A stretch of DNA of 64,000 nt from Malacoraja senta. Lineage: Eukaryota. Location of the stretch: positions 22,632,001 through 22,696,000 of the forward strand of contig CM075988.1 in the NCBI GenBank assembly GCA_038087875.1. The letters are read 5' to 3'. The position numbers and the translations under genes are program-made. Under the pieces are notes generated by a model. The model saw only the letters and a list, made by a program, of their open reading frames with translations. It searched no databases and was not told the origin of the DNA. Below, piece by piece: positions 12,283-25,849 of this stretch. Every line of letters starts with the position of its first letter. Position 1 is the first letter of the stretch.

Positions 12283-13421
12283 AAACATTGTGACCCAAGT
12301 ATACTCAGGGGTGGCACTGAACAGGTGACGGGACATCTGAATCACACTGGAGTAGGGCGGAGAGTGCGTCTCTTATCAATGGTGACAACGATCAGCAGTC
12401 TCCTTTCTACCCCTCCACCCCCACATCTCCCCGTGCACCGAGACACCAGGAGACTTCACACATCCTTTGTTTACGTGCAACCGCAAGCTATTTCTGAGCC
12501 AGGGCTCAACATCTCGTTTTGTCCTGAAGTCTTTTAGTCATCGCGCACCCTCCTCAATAATTATCATGATTCATCTACGTGCCAGGAATAATGCAAGTTC
12601 TGTTTTTATACAGCTCTGTAGGAAATTAGATCAGTAACTCCGGGGCCTGATGTTCAGGGGGAGGAGGATGGTGTACACAATGCTGGGCTTGCACAATACA
12701 CTGGCAGAGGCTGCAGAATCAAAGACCACAGCCATGTTGAAGGCAGCGCCCCCCCCCCCCCCCCCCCGCACATTGAAACCATCTCCAAGACCTCACCAAT
12801 TGATACGTTCCATCTCTTTTGCTGGATTTCCAGTCACTTGATTTAAAGAAGGAACAGACTAGAATCTGGAGGGGCAGGAGTCATAGTGTCATACACGTGG
12901 AAATAGGCCTTTCGGCCCAACTTGCTCATGCTGACCAACATGCCCTCTACCTCATTGGTGACCTTCGGACTATCCTTGATCAGACTTTGCTGGTTTCACC
13001 TTGCACTAAACTTTATTCCCTTATCATGTACACTGTAAATGGCTCGATTGTAATCATGTATTGTCTTTCCGCTGATTCAATAGCACGCAACAAAAGCTTT
13101 TCACTGTACCTCGGTACACGTGACAATAAACTAAACTGATAACTGATTGACTGATAACTGATGCCCCATCTACACCAGTCCCACCAGCCTGCGTTTGGCC
13201 CACATCCCTCTAAACTTTTCCTATCCATGTATTTTGTCCAAATCGTTTTTAACCGTTGTGACAGTATCTGTTTAAAAGGAGGAGCAGGGTGAGAGAAGGG
13301 TTAGTGGATGAATCTCAGTCTGAATTGGTAGAGTTGCTGCCTTACAGCGCCAGAGAACCGGGATCGATCCTGACTACGGGTGCAGTCTGAACGCAGTTTG
13401 TACGTTCCCCCCCCGTGACTT

Positions 13422-13621
13422 NNNNNNNNNNNNNNNNNNNNNNNNNNNNNNNNNNNNNNNNNNNNNNNNNNNNNNNNNNNNNNNNNNNNNNNNNNNNNNN
13501 NNNNNNNNNNNNNNNNNNNNNNNNNNNNNNNNNNNNNNNNNNNNNNNNNNNNNNNNNNNNNNNNNNNNNNNNNNNNNNNNNNNNNNNNNNNNNNNNNNNN
13601 NNNNNNNNNNNNNNNNNNNNN
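13422..13621. other. Assembly gap (200 N)
   Basis: Run of N. Confidence 1.
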
Positions 13622-13837
13622 TGGTAAACCCCACTCTAATACCACACAGCTTTACCGCCTAAATAAAGGCCAATAAAGGGACTTTACAGCAGAGCGGAAG
13701 AATTCACATTTATTCCTACAAACATGAACAGCCACTGTTCCATCAGAGTTGATTGGAATTTTTAATGAATTGTGATCTTAAAGGTGGTTTACACCTGTGT
13801 AAACGGCAAGAGCGTTCATTGTCATATGTCCCAGACA

Positions 13838-14244
13838 TATTCTCTTCTCCGTGGATTGTCACCTTGTCGTGGTGGAGAAGCTTGTGTGGTCCTGAGATCC
13901 TGAGATCGATGCCGTCTGGAGGAGGGGCCACCCATGGCGGTAAGGTCGAGGGGGAGGTCTCTGACAAAGAGCAATCCAACCAAGACCTCAACGGTGGAAC
14001 AGGCGGAGGACGATGGCTGACCTTAGTGGAGCGTCACAACGGCTGGGAAGGCGGATGAAGGCTGCAGCAGAAAAGGGTCTCCGGTCGTCTTGGACTCCAT
14101 GCCACTGGATCCTGACCCAGATCTGCCAAGGACCGTGGGGTGGCTGTCTGTGCACCAGTCTCCCCACGTTAAACAAAGTCACGCACTGGCGTCCTCCAAC
14201 CCTGGAGACACCCATGGTCAGCCATGACCGAAGGGGACTAAGAA
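13838..14244 (+). mobile_element. RTE-related non-autonomous retroposon (RTE-type 5' UTR plus short 3' tail)
   Basis: Head CACCTTGTCGTGGTGGAGAAGCTTGTGTG...GGGCCACCCATGGCGGTAAGGTC...TGACAAAG resembles RTE/Expander/Sauria-SINE 5' UTRs. It ends in TAAGAAG. TSD GTCCCAGACA (13828-13837) / GTCCCAGGCA (14245-14254). Confidence 0.7.
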
Positions 14245-15205
14245 GTCCCAGGCAGAACAATGTAATTCTTACTTGCTGCAGCACAACATAATATGTAAAC
14301 ATATGTTTACATACTCTGTCAACAATATAATAACAAAATAATACTGTAAACAATATCATAAACAAGAACAAAAAGTACAGTGACCAAAGTTATTAGCAAA
14401 GATTAAATTTCTCAAGATTTAATTAATCAAGATACTAATCAAGATTCTAATCAGGATTCTTGATTAGTACGGGTGTCAGGGGTTCTGGGGAGAAGGCAGG
14501 AGAAAAGCGTTAGGAGGGAGAGATAGATCAGCCATGCTTGAATGGCGGGGTAGACTTGATGGGCTGAATGGCCTAATTCTGCTCCTATTCCTTATGACCT
14601 TATGGTGCCAAAGAGAGGCAATGTTTTGCAGGAGAACTTTTCTCCTGCCCTGGATCAACACATAGACGGATTCACAAAGGAGGCACACCCATGTCTCAAC
14701 TTTCTTAGAAGTTGATAGATGTTCGGCATGTCACCAAATACTCCAACAAGCTACAGTGTTGTCTGTTGGATGATCTATGACACCAAGGCTCTGGGTGCTT
14801 ATGTCAGTGGATGTGAAAGATCCCATGGAACTTGATTAGTACGGCTGTCAGAGGTTATGGGGAGAAGGCAGGAGAATGGGGTTGAGAGGGAAAGATAGAT
14901 CAGCCATGATTGAATGGTGGAGCAGACTTGATGGGCCGAATGGCCTAATTCTGCTCCAATCACTTATGGAACTATTTTGCAGCGGAGTGGAATTATCCAA
15001 CCCAGCATCAATAATCTTCAACCAGCAACATTCAGACAGATTATCTGGTTTCTATCCAATTATCTGCTTATTATCAGGTTACTCTTTGTAGGAGTTTCTC
15101 TGTACAAATTGGCAGTTGTGTTTCCCACATTACAGCACAATCCACACACTCTTGAGGCTGATGTAGAAATCCAAACCAATCCTTGGCTAACAAGAAGCCT
15201 AAACT

Positions 15206-16722
15206 CAGGGCCGGCCTTAGGAGGTGCGGGGCCCAATTGGGAACAATTTTGGTGAGCCCCAGGTTCCCAGCCAAGGTCTGTAGAATCATAGAAATACAAA
15301 TCAAGTCTATTATAGATTTTATATCTCTATGGTAGAATGGAAAGTCATCAAAATGTGCGCTTAAACAGTGCCTGCGAGTTAATGGACCAAACAGATCTAA
15401 ACTACAATTTAATATAAAATTGCATACATGTAAGCCTACAAGTAGCAAACAAAATGTGTAGATCACCTCTGAAAAGTACATAGTTACAATACCACTTGTT
15501 TGTGAAATGAAAAAAAAGTTATTTAATTAACTAGATCCTGGCAAACCAATAACTATTGGCGAAAAACCAGTCCAGGCATAACATTTTGGGCTTCAGCTCC
15601 ATCCTACCCTTTCGGGCTTTGATTACTGCAGACCTTTTTGAGTGGAAGACTTGCTATAAAACCACAGATTTTATGATTTAACTACTTGGTTTCCCTCCCA
15701 AGTTGATTCTCTCCAACTTTCCCCACGAGAACTCGCTCAAACCAAATATTAAAAGATTACATTTGGCCAGCTTCTCTCCAGAAGCTGGTAAATCCAAATC
15801 CAGACATGTATTGAAATAGTTTGCAAATGCTTTTTGGAGTTCTCATGCTCAGCTAGTCTTGTATGAATGTTCGGCCAGTTATTAAAACCACAACTTGCAA
15901 GTGCACTTGCTGCGTTATTATCAAAAAGCTTGCTAGTAGTAACAGAAGATTTTATCACTTGATACAGAGTATATTAGCCATGGACGATCTACAATTTCAC
16001 CATTTGGCAGCTTTTCTTTTGCAGTGAAATTTTGAAAAATGTGATCCACTCTCATTCTTGGTGAAAGATTCTACTATAATTGTAGGTGGTCCTTTTTTCA
16101 CTAAATAGTCCCTGACACTCTGACTTATCATTTCTGGCCATATTGCAGGATCATCTATTAATTCTACAAAACTGGCAGATTTTGAATTCCCGTTCTCCCT
16201 TGCCTCAGATTTTGAATTCCCGTTCTCCCTTGCCCCAGCAATCAAGTCAACACACAAGTTTCCTTGTCAAATTCAACACTTTCAAAATGGCCGATCTCAC
16301 TTTCAGTAAATAAATTCCCACTTTGATTGTATTGCATAACTTCTTCAGACTGGCTTTCTTCGGTGTCATCATCTTCACTATGTTGTGCCTCTACTTGCTC
16401 TTCTGCATTTTCTGAGATAGTTTTGCTGAAATACTTATCTAATGCACCTTTCTCCTTTTCTGCTTCGGCCTTCTTTGCCTTGGCTGCACCCCTCTTCTTA
16501 CCGCCACTCAAATATGTTCTGCCGATGTCCCTTAGTCTTTTAGTCATATTTACAGAAACCACAGAAATCTCTGTAGAACCTGCAATGTGGTGTTACATAT
16601 ATATAGCAATGTGTTGTTGTGTGTACTTGACGAGCCAAGAGTAGATTACTCTAGTGCGGGGCCCCCTTAGCCACGGGGCCCAATTGGGAGCAATTGGTCC
16701 AATTGGCTTAAGGCCCGCCCTG
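15206..16722 (-). mobile_element. Internally deleted hAT (Tip100/ZMYM1-like) transposon
   Basis: TIR CAGGGCCGGCCTTA / TAAGGCCCGCCCTG. Perfect 8-bp TSD CCTAAACT (15198-15205, 16723-16730). Subterminal GGGGCCCAATTGGG repeats. Confidence 0.95.
15815..16547 (-). pseudogene. Frameshifted N-terminus of hAT transposase (TTF-type zinc-finger region)
   Basis: MTKRLRDIGRTYLSGGKKR...GALDKYF, DDPAIWP...VRDYLVKKGP...HFSK, RPWLIYS...KIFC and GFNNWPNIHTRLAEHENSKKH are spread over several frames. The catalytic and dimerisation domains are absent. A 30-bp tandem duplication lies at 16176-16234. Confidence 0.85.
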
Positions 16723-18909
16723 CCTAAACTGTGTGAAGTATCTGTGAAAGAGGTTTCACCTATTGATGGTTATTACCACCAAACGGAATTGTAACCAGGC
16801 AACTGAACCATCCTATCAACAACTAGAGAGTAGTCCTGAGCTACTATCTACCTCATTGGAGACCTTGGGCCTATCTTTACTTGGACTTTACCTTGCACTA
16901 AATGTTATTCCCTTTATCATGCATTTGTACAGCGTGGATGGCTCATGTATTGTCTTTCCGCTGACTGCTTAGCACGCAACAAAAGCTTTTCACTGTACCA
17001 TGGTACACTTGATAATAAACTAAACAGTGGCAATTTCACATTATTCCAATGACATTGATTTTCATCAGATGAAATATTGTCTATCCATTTCTCCCCACAG
17101 ATGCCGCCTGACCCGATGAGTCCCTCCAGCACTTTGTTATTTGGTTCAAGATTCCAGCATCTGCAGTTACTTGTGTCCCTCATCAAAATAGTTGCAACTT
17201 GTGTATCATGATGTCAGAGTTTTAATTCATAAATTCCTATCAGAATCTGTGTCATTCGTGAGTAGAGGTGGGACAGGGAATATGATGCATGTTAACATTT
17301 CACTCTACAGTAAAAAAGTGAACTTCTAAAATGGTATCTCATATTTTGTTTTTGGTAGCTTACAACCCAGCGGTATGAACGTTGAATTCTCTAATTTTTG
17401 GTAACTTCTTTTGGTAAAGCAGTCCTCTCCATCTTTTCTCTCTCTTTTCCCCCTCCTTGCCCCCCCCCTCCCCCCACACTAAAAGACCAGTTCCACAGTA
17501 CACAACGATATATCCTTCTTGGGATCACACCATCACTAGCCAACAATCTGCCTATCAGGGAACCTCCCTGCCCGAAGTCATCTGTTGCCGGCCCTGATTT
17601 ATCCTGGTCGTTTCTTGTTTCAGGCCACCACCCATTTCACTGTGCAAAGAAGGGTCTCCTATCCATATTCTCCAGAGATGCTGCCCGACCCGTTGAGTTA
17701 CTCCAGCCTTTTGGGTCAATCTTCAGCAAATATCTGTTCAAAGAGTGGAGTGAATAGAATTTACGACTGAACCTACAGTAACTTCTCCCAATCAGAACAA
17801 GGTAAAAGTTATAAAGATACAGTTAGTGGAGGATAGTTGCACATAACTGAAGACAGGTTAAGTTGGAGACACAAGGCATTGCAGGTGTTGGAATCTTGAG
17901 CAAAAAAAACCAAAGTGCTGGAGGAACTCGATAGGTCAGGCAGCATCTGTGGAGGGAAATGAACAGGCGATGTTTCGGGTCGGGACCCTTCTTCAGAGTG
18001 ATTCCGTCACAATGGTGTTGTCATTGGACTCGAGTAACCGGCACGATTTGCAAATCACCTCCACCGTAGCCGAGAACTGTGTTGAGTTAGAATATTTTTA
18101 ATTTTAGCACCTTCCTGCACTCATACATTCCTGCTCCATCCTCACCAAGGGTTGCAAAACTGCCCTTTTATTCATCAACAGGCTGGATAATGAAATTAAA
18201 ATACGACAATCGCTGTAAATTCTGCTTGTAATGCAGAGCATGATGTATGTAATATGGAGGCGATCAGTTTGAAAGGACCTGGATAACCTTTCTAGCGCTA
18301 TTCGGATGATGTCAGGTCGAGTTTATATGCACCAGGTTAACCTTCCCACTATTGAGTCCATCTACAATTCACACTGCCTCAAGAAAGCAGTCAATATGAC
18401 CAAGGATTGTTTTCACACCGGTCATTCCCTCTTCTCCCGTCTCCCATCAGGCAGAAAGCAAGCACCACCAGATTCAGGAACAGCTTCTTCCCCCGCAGTT
18501 ATCAGACAACTGAACGGTCCCTCCATAATAGACACAAAAAGCTGGAGTAACTCAGCGGGTCAGCCAACATCTCTGGAGAAAAGGAATAGGTGACGTTTCT
18601 GGGTCGAGACCCTTCTTCAGACTGAGAGTCAGGGTAGCGGGAAACGAGAGACATGGACGGTGGTATAGAGAGATGTAGAATGAAAGATATGCAAAAAATT
18701 AACGATGATAAAGGAAACTGGTTATTGTTAGCAGTGGGCTCGGTGAAAACGAGTGCACCTCCCATAAACTAGGGTGTAGGCCTGATCTCCTAAACAATCT
18801 CATTGTGGGCCACTGACTATTTCTCTGTAGCCCTATAAAGCTTTAACACTATTGGGTATGGTTTGATCGTATTCACGTATAATTGATTTGGCTGGATGGC
18901 ATTTGAACA

Positions 18910-19420
18910 AAGTGGAAAGAGCGCAGAAAAGATGTTGCCAGGACTTGAGGGCCTGAGCTATTGGGAGATGTAGGGCTAGGCTAGAACTTTATTCCTTGGA
19001 GTGCAAGGAGGAGGAGGGGTGATCTTATAGAGCTGTATAAAATCTTGAGGGGAACAGATAGGGTCAATGCAGAGACTCTTTTACCCAGGATAGGGGGAGT
19101 CAAGAACCAGAGGACATAGGTTTAAGGTGGGAGTGGAAAGGTTTAATAGGAACCTGAGGGATAACGTTTCACTCAGAGGGTGGGTGGGAATATGGAACAA
19201 TCTGTAGAGGTGGTAGTTGACCCATCTACTATAACAACATTTAAAAGAGAATTTGACAGGTACATGGATAGTAGAAATTTAGAGGGCTATAGGCAAAATA
19301 CAGACAAATTAGACAAGCTCAAATGGGGCATTTGGGTCAGGCTGGGTGCTGGAGGGCCTATTTCCGTGCTGTGTGACTATGTGCTGAAGGGCCTATTTCC
19401 GTGCTGTGTGACTATGAATA
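18910..19420 (+). mobile_element. Old CR1 LINE 3' fragment
   Basis: Degenerate match to the CR1 ORF2 end (GGGGTGATCTTATAGAG...AGAACCAGAGGACATAGGTTTAAGG). Confidence 0.75.
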
Positions 19421-19929
19421 CGACACTATATCAGTGTACGTGACAATAATATATCAATAACAATATCATCTGCCCAGCTATGCGAAGAATAAAAAATATA
19501 CATTGTATATTTGTGTGTTTTGTTGTTTATGTAAATTAGAAGAAAACGTTGAGGTATGCCGACATGAAGTATAATTTCCAGCTGACGTCATGCATGACTC
19601 ATGGGTGTCTTTCCTTTGTTGAACACAGGGCAGAACTGGAGGTGTGTTGTATTGTTGGTGATGCTGTCCTTTGGGTGAGATGTGAAACAAAGTCTGCAGA
19701 ATCGGATGGGTGTAAGAGATACGGTAAAGATAAACAGGGTGTCCTGTTCACTACTTATCTCTGCTAGTCTCACTAAATCACATTCTTTGAACCTTGCTCT
19801 GTATAAACTGGCTGCTGGGTCTCAGTCTGAAGAAAGGTCCCAACCCGAAACGTCACCCATCCTTTTCCCCCAGAGATGTTGCTTGACCCGCTGGGTTACT
19901 CCAACACAAGACAACATTGACTACGATTC

Positions 19930-20353
19930 TTTTTTATTTATTTATTATTTTTAAATTTTTTATTAGAAGTATTGTACAGTGCAGTCATCTCAAACAAACA
20001 TAAAATGATACATTTCTTGTACCACTTCTTATTTTAAACTTTAATAAGAAAAAAGATAGAGAGAGTTAGCAGAGATAGTAAGTGAGTGAGTGAAAGAGTG
20101 GTCCAGGGAAACCCCTAGGGACCTAAACCACAAGAAGAGTTAAACAAAAAAAAACAAAAGAAGGAAAAAGAAAAAAAAGTAAGATAAGATAAGACAAGAT
20201 AAAAGGGATGTACCTACTTCATATCTTTACTCACCCCTCACCAGGTCCTGAAACCATTTATTTTCAACATTTTGTTGCACCCTATATTTGTAATGTCGAT
20301 AAATGGAGACCAAATCTTTAGGAAATGGTCTAGTTTACCTGCTAAGAGGAATC
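19930..20353 (-). mobile_element. L1-clade LINE 3' end with A-rich tail and 15-bp TSD
   Basis: CATTGACTACGATTC at 19915-19929 and 20354-20368. The minus strand reads FLLAGKLDHFLKIWSPFIDI (L1 ORF2 C-terminus style), then a 3' UTR and an A-rich tail. Confidence 0.8.
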
Positions 20354-20469
20354 CATTGACTACGATTCAATTGGACTTTGGGTTGAATACACAAAAGGAC
20401 ACCAGGTGCCAGAGTAACTCAGCGGGCCAGGCGGCATCTCTAGAAAACATGAACAGGTGAGGTTTTCAG

Positions 20470-23400
20470 GCTACAGGGGAGACTTTAAACTAGAACGGTT
20501 GGGGGGAGGGACTCAAATAGAGGAAGCTTGTAGACGGTGTGTGGCAGGAGGCAGAGAAGGGAAGCACTCAGACCCAACAGGTAGGGGGGAAAGAAGAAAA
20601 AAATAATAAACAGAGAATAAGAGGTGGTGGGTTTCTTAAATGTGTGAGCAGAGAGACAGAGGGGTGTAAAATAAGGGTAGAAGCAATAGGTAACAAGGTG
20701 AAAAGTAAACGTGGCAGGCAGACAAATCCTGGGCAAAAATCAAAAAGGGCCACTTTTCAACATAATTGTATAAGGGGTAAGAGCATTGTAAAAACAAGCC
20801 TGAAGGCTTTGTGTCTCAATGCAAGGAGCATTCATAATAAGGTGGATGAGTTGAATGTGCAGATAGCTATTAATGATTATGATATAGTTGGGATCACGGA
20901 GACATGGCTCCAGGGTGACCAAGGCTAGGAGCTGAACATCCAGGGATATTCAATATTCAGGAGGGATAGACAGAAAGGAAAAGGAGGCAGGGTAGCGTTG
21001 CTGGTTAGAGAGGAGATTAACACAATGGAAAGGAAGGATATTAGCTTGGAGGATGTGGAATCGATATGGGTAGAGCTGCGAAACACTAAGGGGCAGAAAA
21101 CGCTAGTGGGTGTTGTGTACAGGCCACCTAACAGTAGTAGTGGAGTTGGGGATGGCATCAAACAGGAAATTAGAAATGCGTGCAACAAAAGTAAAACAGT
21201 TATAATGGGTGACTTCAATCTACATATAGATTGGGTGAATCAAATTGGAAGGGGTGCTGAGGAAGAGGATTTCTTGGAATGTATGCGGGATAGTTTTCTA
21301 AACCAACATGTAGAAGAACCAATGAGAGAGCAGGCTATTCTAGACTGGGTATTGAGTAATGAGGAAGGGTTAGTCAGCAGTCTTGTTGTGCGTGGCCCCT
21401 TGGGCAAGAGTGACCATAATATGGTTGAGTTCTTCATTAGGATGGAGAGTGACATTGTTAAGTCAGAAACAAGGGTTCTGAACTTAAAGAAAGGTAACTT
21501 TGATGGTATGAAACGAGAATTGGCCAAGATTGACTGGCAATTGATTCTTAAAGGGTTGACGGTGGATATGCAATGGAAGGCATTAAAAGACTGCATGGAT
21601 GAACTACAAAAATTGTTCATCCCAGTTTGGCAAAAGAATAAATCAGGGAAGGTAGTGCATCCGTGGATAACAAGGGAAATCAGGGATAGTATCAAAACAA
21701 AAGATGAAGCGTACAAATTAGCCAGAAAAAGCAGCCTACCAGAGGACTGGGAGAAATTCAGAGTCCAGCAGAGGAGGACAAAGGGCTTAATTAGGAAAGG
21801 GAAAATAGATTATGAAAGAAAACTGGCAGGGAACATAAAAACTGACTGCAAAAGTTTTTATAGATATGTGAAGAGAAAGAGATTAGTTAAAACAAATGTA
21901 GGTCCCTTGCAGTCAGAAACAGGTGAATTGATCATGGGGAACAAGGACATGGCAGACCAATTGAATAACTACTTTGGTTCTGTCTTCACTAAGGAAGACA
22001 TAAATAATCTGCTGGAAATAGCAGGGGACCGCGGGTCAAATGAGATAGAGGAACTGAGTGAAATCCAGGTTAGCCGGGAAGTGGTGTTAGGTAAATTGAA
22101 TGGATTAAAGGCCGATAAATCCCCAGGGCCAGATAGGCTGCATCCCAGAGTACTTAAGGAAGTAGCCCCAGAAATAGTGGATGCATTAGTGATAATTTTT
22201 CAAAACTCCTTAGATTCTGGAGTAGTTCCTGAGGATTGGAGGGTAGCTAATGTAATCCCCCTTTTTAAAAAGGGAGGGAGAGAGAAAACGGGGAATTACA
22301 GACCAGTTAGTCTAACATCGGTAGTGGGGATACTGCTAGAGTCAGTTATTAAAGATGGGATAGCAGCACATTTGGAAAGTGGTGAAATCATTGGACAAAG
22401 TCAGCATGGATTTACGAAAGGTAAATCATGTCTGACGAATCTTATAGAATTTTTCGAGGATGTAACTAGTAGAGTGGATAAAGGAGAACCAGTGGATGTG
22501 TTATATCTGGACTTTCAGAAGGCTTTCGACAAGGTTCCACATAAGAGATTAGTATACAAACTTAAAGCACACGGTATTGGGGGTTCAGTATTGATGTGGA
22601 TAGAGAACTGGCTGGCAAACAGGAAGCAAAGAGTAGGAGTAAACGGGTCCTTTTCAGAATGGCAGGCAGTGACTAGTGGGGTACCGCAAGGCTCAATGCT
22701 GGGACCCCAGCTATTTACAATATATATTAATGATTTGGACGAGGGAATTGAATGCAACATCTCCAAGTTTGCAGATGACACGAAGCTGGGGGGCAGTGTT
22801 AGCTGTGAGGAGGATGATAGGAGGCTGCAAGGTGACTTGGATAGGCTGGGTGAGTGGGCAAATGCATGGCAGATGCAGTATAATGTGGATAAATGTGAGG
22901 TTATCCACTTTGGTGGCAAAAACAGGAAAGTAGACTATTATCTAAATGGTGGCCGATTAGGAAAAGGGGAGACCTGGGTGTCATGGTACACCAGTCATTG
23001 AAAGTAGGCATGTAGGTGCAGCAGGCAGTGAAGAAAGCGAATGGTATGTTAGCATTCATAGCAAAAGGATTTGAGTATAGGAGCAGGGAGGTTCTACTGC
23101 AGTTGTACAGGGTCTTGGTGAGACCACACCTGGAGTATTGCGTACAGTTTTGGTCTCCAAATCTGAGGAAAGACATTCTTGCCATAGAGGGAGTACAGAG
23201 AAGGTTCACCAGATTGATTCCTGGGATGTCAGGACTTTCATATGAAGAAAGACTGGATAGACTCAGCTTGTACTCGCTAGAATTTAGAAGATTGAGGGGG
23301 GATCTTATAGAAACTTACAAAATTCTTAAGGGGTTGGACAGGCTAGATGCAGGAAGATTGTTCCCGATGTTGGGGAAGTCCAGGACAAGGAGGCACAGTT

Positions 23401-23692
23401 TAAGGATTAAGGGGAAATCCTTTAGGACCGAGATGAGAAAAACATTTTTCACACAGAGAGTGGTGAATCTCTGGAACTCTCTGCCACAGAAGGTAGTTGA
23501 GGCCAGTTCATTGGCTATATTTAAGAGGGAGTTAGATGTGGCCCTTGTGGCTAAAGGGATCAGGGGGTATAGAGAGAAGGCAGGTACAGGATACTGAGTT
23601 GGATAATCAGCCATGATCATATTGAATGGCGGTGCAGGCTCGAAGGGCCGAATGGCCTACTCCTGCACCTATGTTTCTATGTTTCTATGTTT
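20470..23692 (+). mobile_element. CR1 LINE with nearly complete ORF2 (APE endonuclease plus RT), 5'-truncated, inactivated
   Basis: CLNARSI, GITETWL, VYRPP, MGDFN, SDHN, NYRPVSLTS, YLDFQKAFDKVPH, GVPQGS, KFADDTKL. Premature TAG at 20926-20928 and a deletion/frameshift near 22970. ORF ends at 23597, followed by a 3' UTR with a (TATGTTTC)n tail. Inserted in a Penelope remnant. Confidence 0.97.
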
Positions 23693-23924
23693 GAGGTTGA
23701 GACGCGAAATATCTCCTATCCATGTTCTCCAGAGATGCCTCCTAAATGGGTGACTGTTTAACTAACTCGAGTCAAGATGTACCAACAATGGAACGATGAC
23801 ATTCTTCCTTGCAGCAGCACAACGGGTCCGAACACACAATACACAAGAATAATATATAACAAGCAAAAATGCAATACATTAATAACACCAATACTCATGT
23901 AACCCAATACAATGGTTCAGAGTT

Positions 23925-24690
23925 ATAGAATAGAATAGAATAGAAACTTTATTTGCCACACGACCAGGGTTGGTGGTAATTGGGTTCGGTACATGATGGT
24001 ACACTGCTTTAGCACATTAACACTAACAACAATAATAATAATAAAGCACATCACAAATCACAAATCTCATAGTGCAAAAGAACAGACAAAAATCATAGAC
24101 AAGACACTGTATACATCAAAGTCAAAAAGTTATTAAGTTATTGGAGGGAATTAAGTGTTCTTATTGCTGAGGGGAAGAAACTGTTTTTAAAACGGGTGGA
24201 TTTTGTAGCAAGTGACCTAAGGCGCCTCCCTGAAGGGAGAGACTGGAAAAGGTGGTTTGCTGGATGGGAGGGGTCCGAGATGATCTTTGTTGCCCGTTTT
24301 GAGGTACGTTGGAGGTAAATGGAATGGATTGAGGGGAGGGGAGAGTTGATGATCCTAGAGGCCTTGGAGACAATGCGCTGTATTCTGTGTAGTGAGTGAC
24401 TGTCAGTGTTTCCGTACCAGACTGTGATTGAGGAGGTGATGATGCTTTCAATGATGGATTGATAGAAGCGTACCAGGAGGTGTTTGTGGACTCTGAACTT
24501 CTTGAGCTGTCTGAGGAAGTATAGGCGTTGTTGTCCTTTTATTATTGTCGTGTCGTCTGCATATTTGAACATTTTAACTGAGCTGCATTGGGATGTGAGG
24601 TTGTTGGTGTAAAGTGAGAAGAGCTGAGGTGACAGAACGCACCCTTGAGGGGCTCCTGTATTGATAGTCAGAGGGCTGGCAATGTTTGAT
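23925..24690 (-). mobile_element. Rex1/Babar-clade LINE fragment, internally deleted
   Basis: [26 protein letters not shown] fused to KGQQRLYFLRQL...HPANHLF...FFPSAIRTLN. (ATTCT)n tail. Confidence 0.9.
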
Positions 24691-25849
24691 GGTTTCTTGG
24701 GATGGAGCAGATAGTTTAGTGTTTCTATGTCCACAGATGCTGACTGGGTATTCCTGGCCTTATCATTTTTGATTAATAAAATTATTTTGAATTAACTTAA
24801 TTGTGACAGTGAAACTTTGGAATCAGGTTTTGTAGAAGGTGCCGCGACTCAAAATGTCACCCATTCTTTCTCTCCAGAGACGCTGCCTGTCCCGCTGAGT
24901 TTCTCCAGCATTTTGTGTCTATCTTTGGAATCAAAGGACATGGTCTCCTTTCACTGAATTTCTTCAACAACAGAATGGTTGAACACAAATTTAAAACTGA
25001 TGCTTGGGATGGGTGAGTGGGGGGGGGGGGGGGGGGGGGGGGGAAGGTCAGTGGGACATATCTCCGGGTTTTTTCCTTCTTGCACTTCTTTGGCAGTTAT
25101 GGGGTTTTTTCTTCTCTCTTTTTTGTATTTTTCTTCTTTTTCTTCATTCTTTCCTTTTTTCTCTTTTTCTTGATTTATGTATCAATTTATTCTTCTCGAT
25201 TTATGTATCAATTTATAAAACGTTAAAAATGAAGTGGTACAAAAATTGTATAACTGTCATGCCGATCGCTTTATTCTTGTACAATTGCTTAAAAAATAAA
25301 AAAATAAATCTTTGGTCAAAGGGTAGTTTCACAAATGTGTTGAGTCACAGAAACCCCCAACATCGTTAGCACAACACAAAGGGCTGGAGGAACTCAACGG
25401 GTCAGGCCGTGTCCGTGGAGGGAATGTTTCGGGTCAAGTCCTTCCTTCAGACTGATGCTGCCTGACCTGCTGAGTTCTTCCAGCACTTTTTTGCTTAAGA
25501 TTCCCAGCATCTGCAGGTCCATGTGTTTCCAGCAATATTCGTTGTTCTATCTAAAGCTAACCAGCAGATGGCTTCACCATCCTCTCTGTCCTCAACAGAA
25601 AACTGCCTCTACAAACTACACCTCTAGTAGTTAACCAGTCAAATCCGTTCACAGCTCCATTTAACGTTTAATTAATTGCTTCACTTATATGAAATTTTTA
25701 AATCTGAAATTATTAAATATGAGATGCCAGCTACATTAGAATAAAGACACACCAGTAATTTAAACCTATAGGTGTTTGGTGACTTGGGATCAAAAGGACA
25801 CGGTAAATAATATATTAATTTTGGTAGCTGATTTGTGACCATGTAACAA

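Noticed and set aside
10980..12740. Possible minus-strand exons near 10985-11072 and 12630-12710
   Set aside because: Acceptor-like sites exist, but the peptides are short, unrecognisable and cannot be chained into a gene.
13301..13645. ORFs spanning N runs (also 50557-51201)
   Set aside because: Artefacts of assembly gaps.
20998..23001. 667-aa ORF as a host gene
   Set aside because: It is CR1 ORF2 with flanking stop and frameshift lesions.
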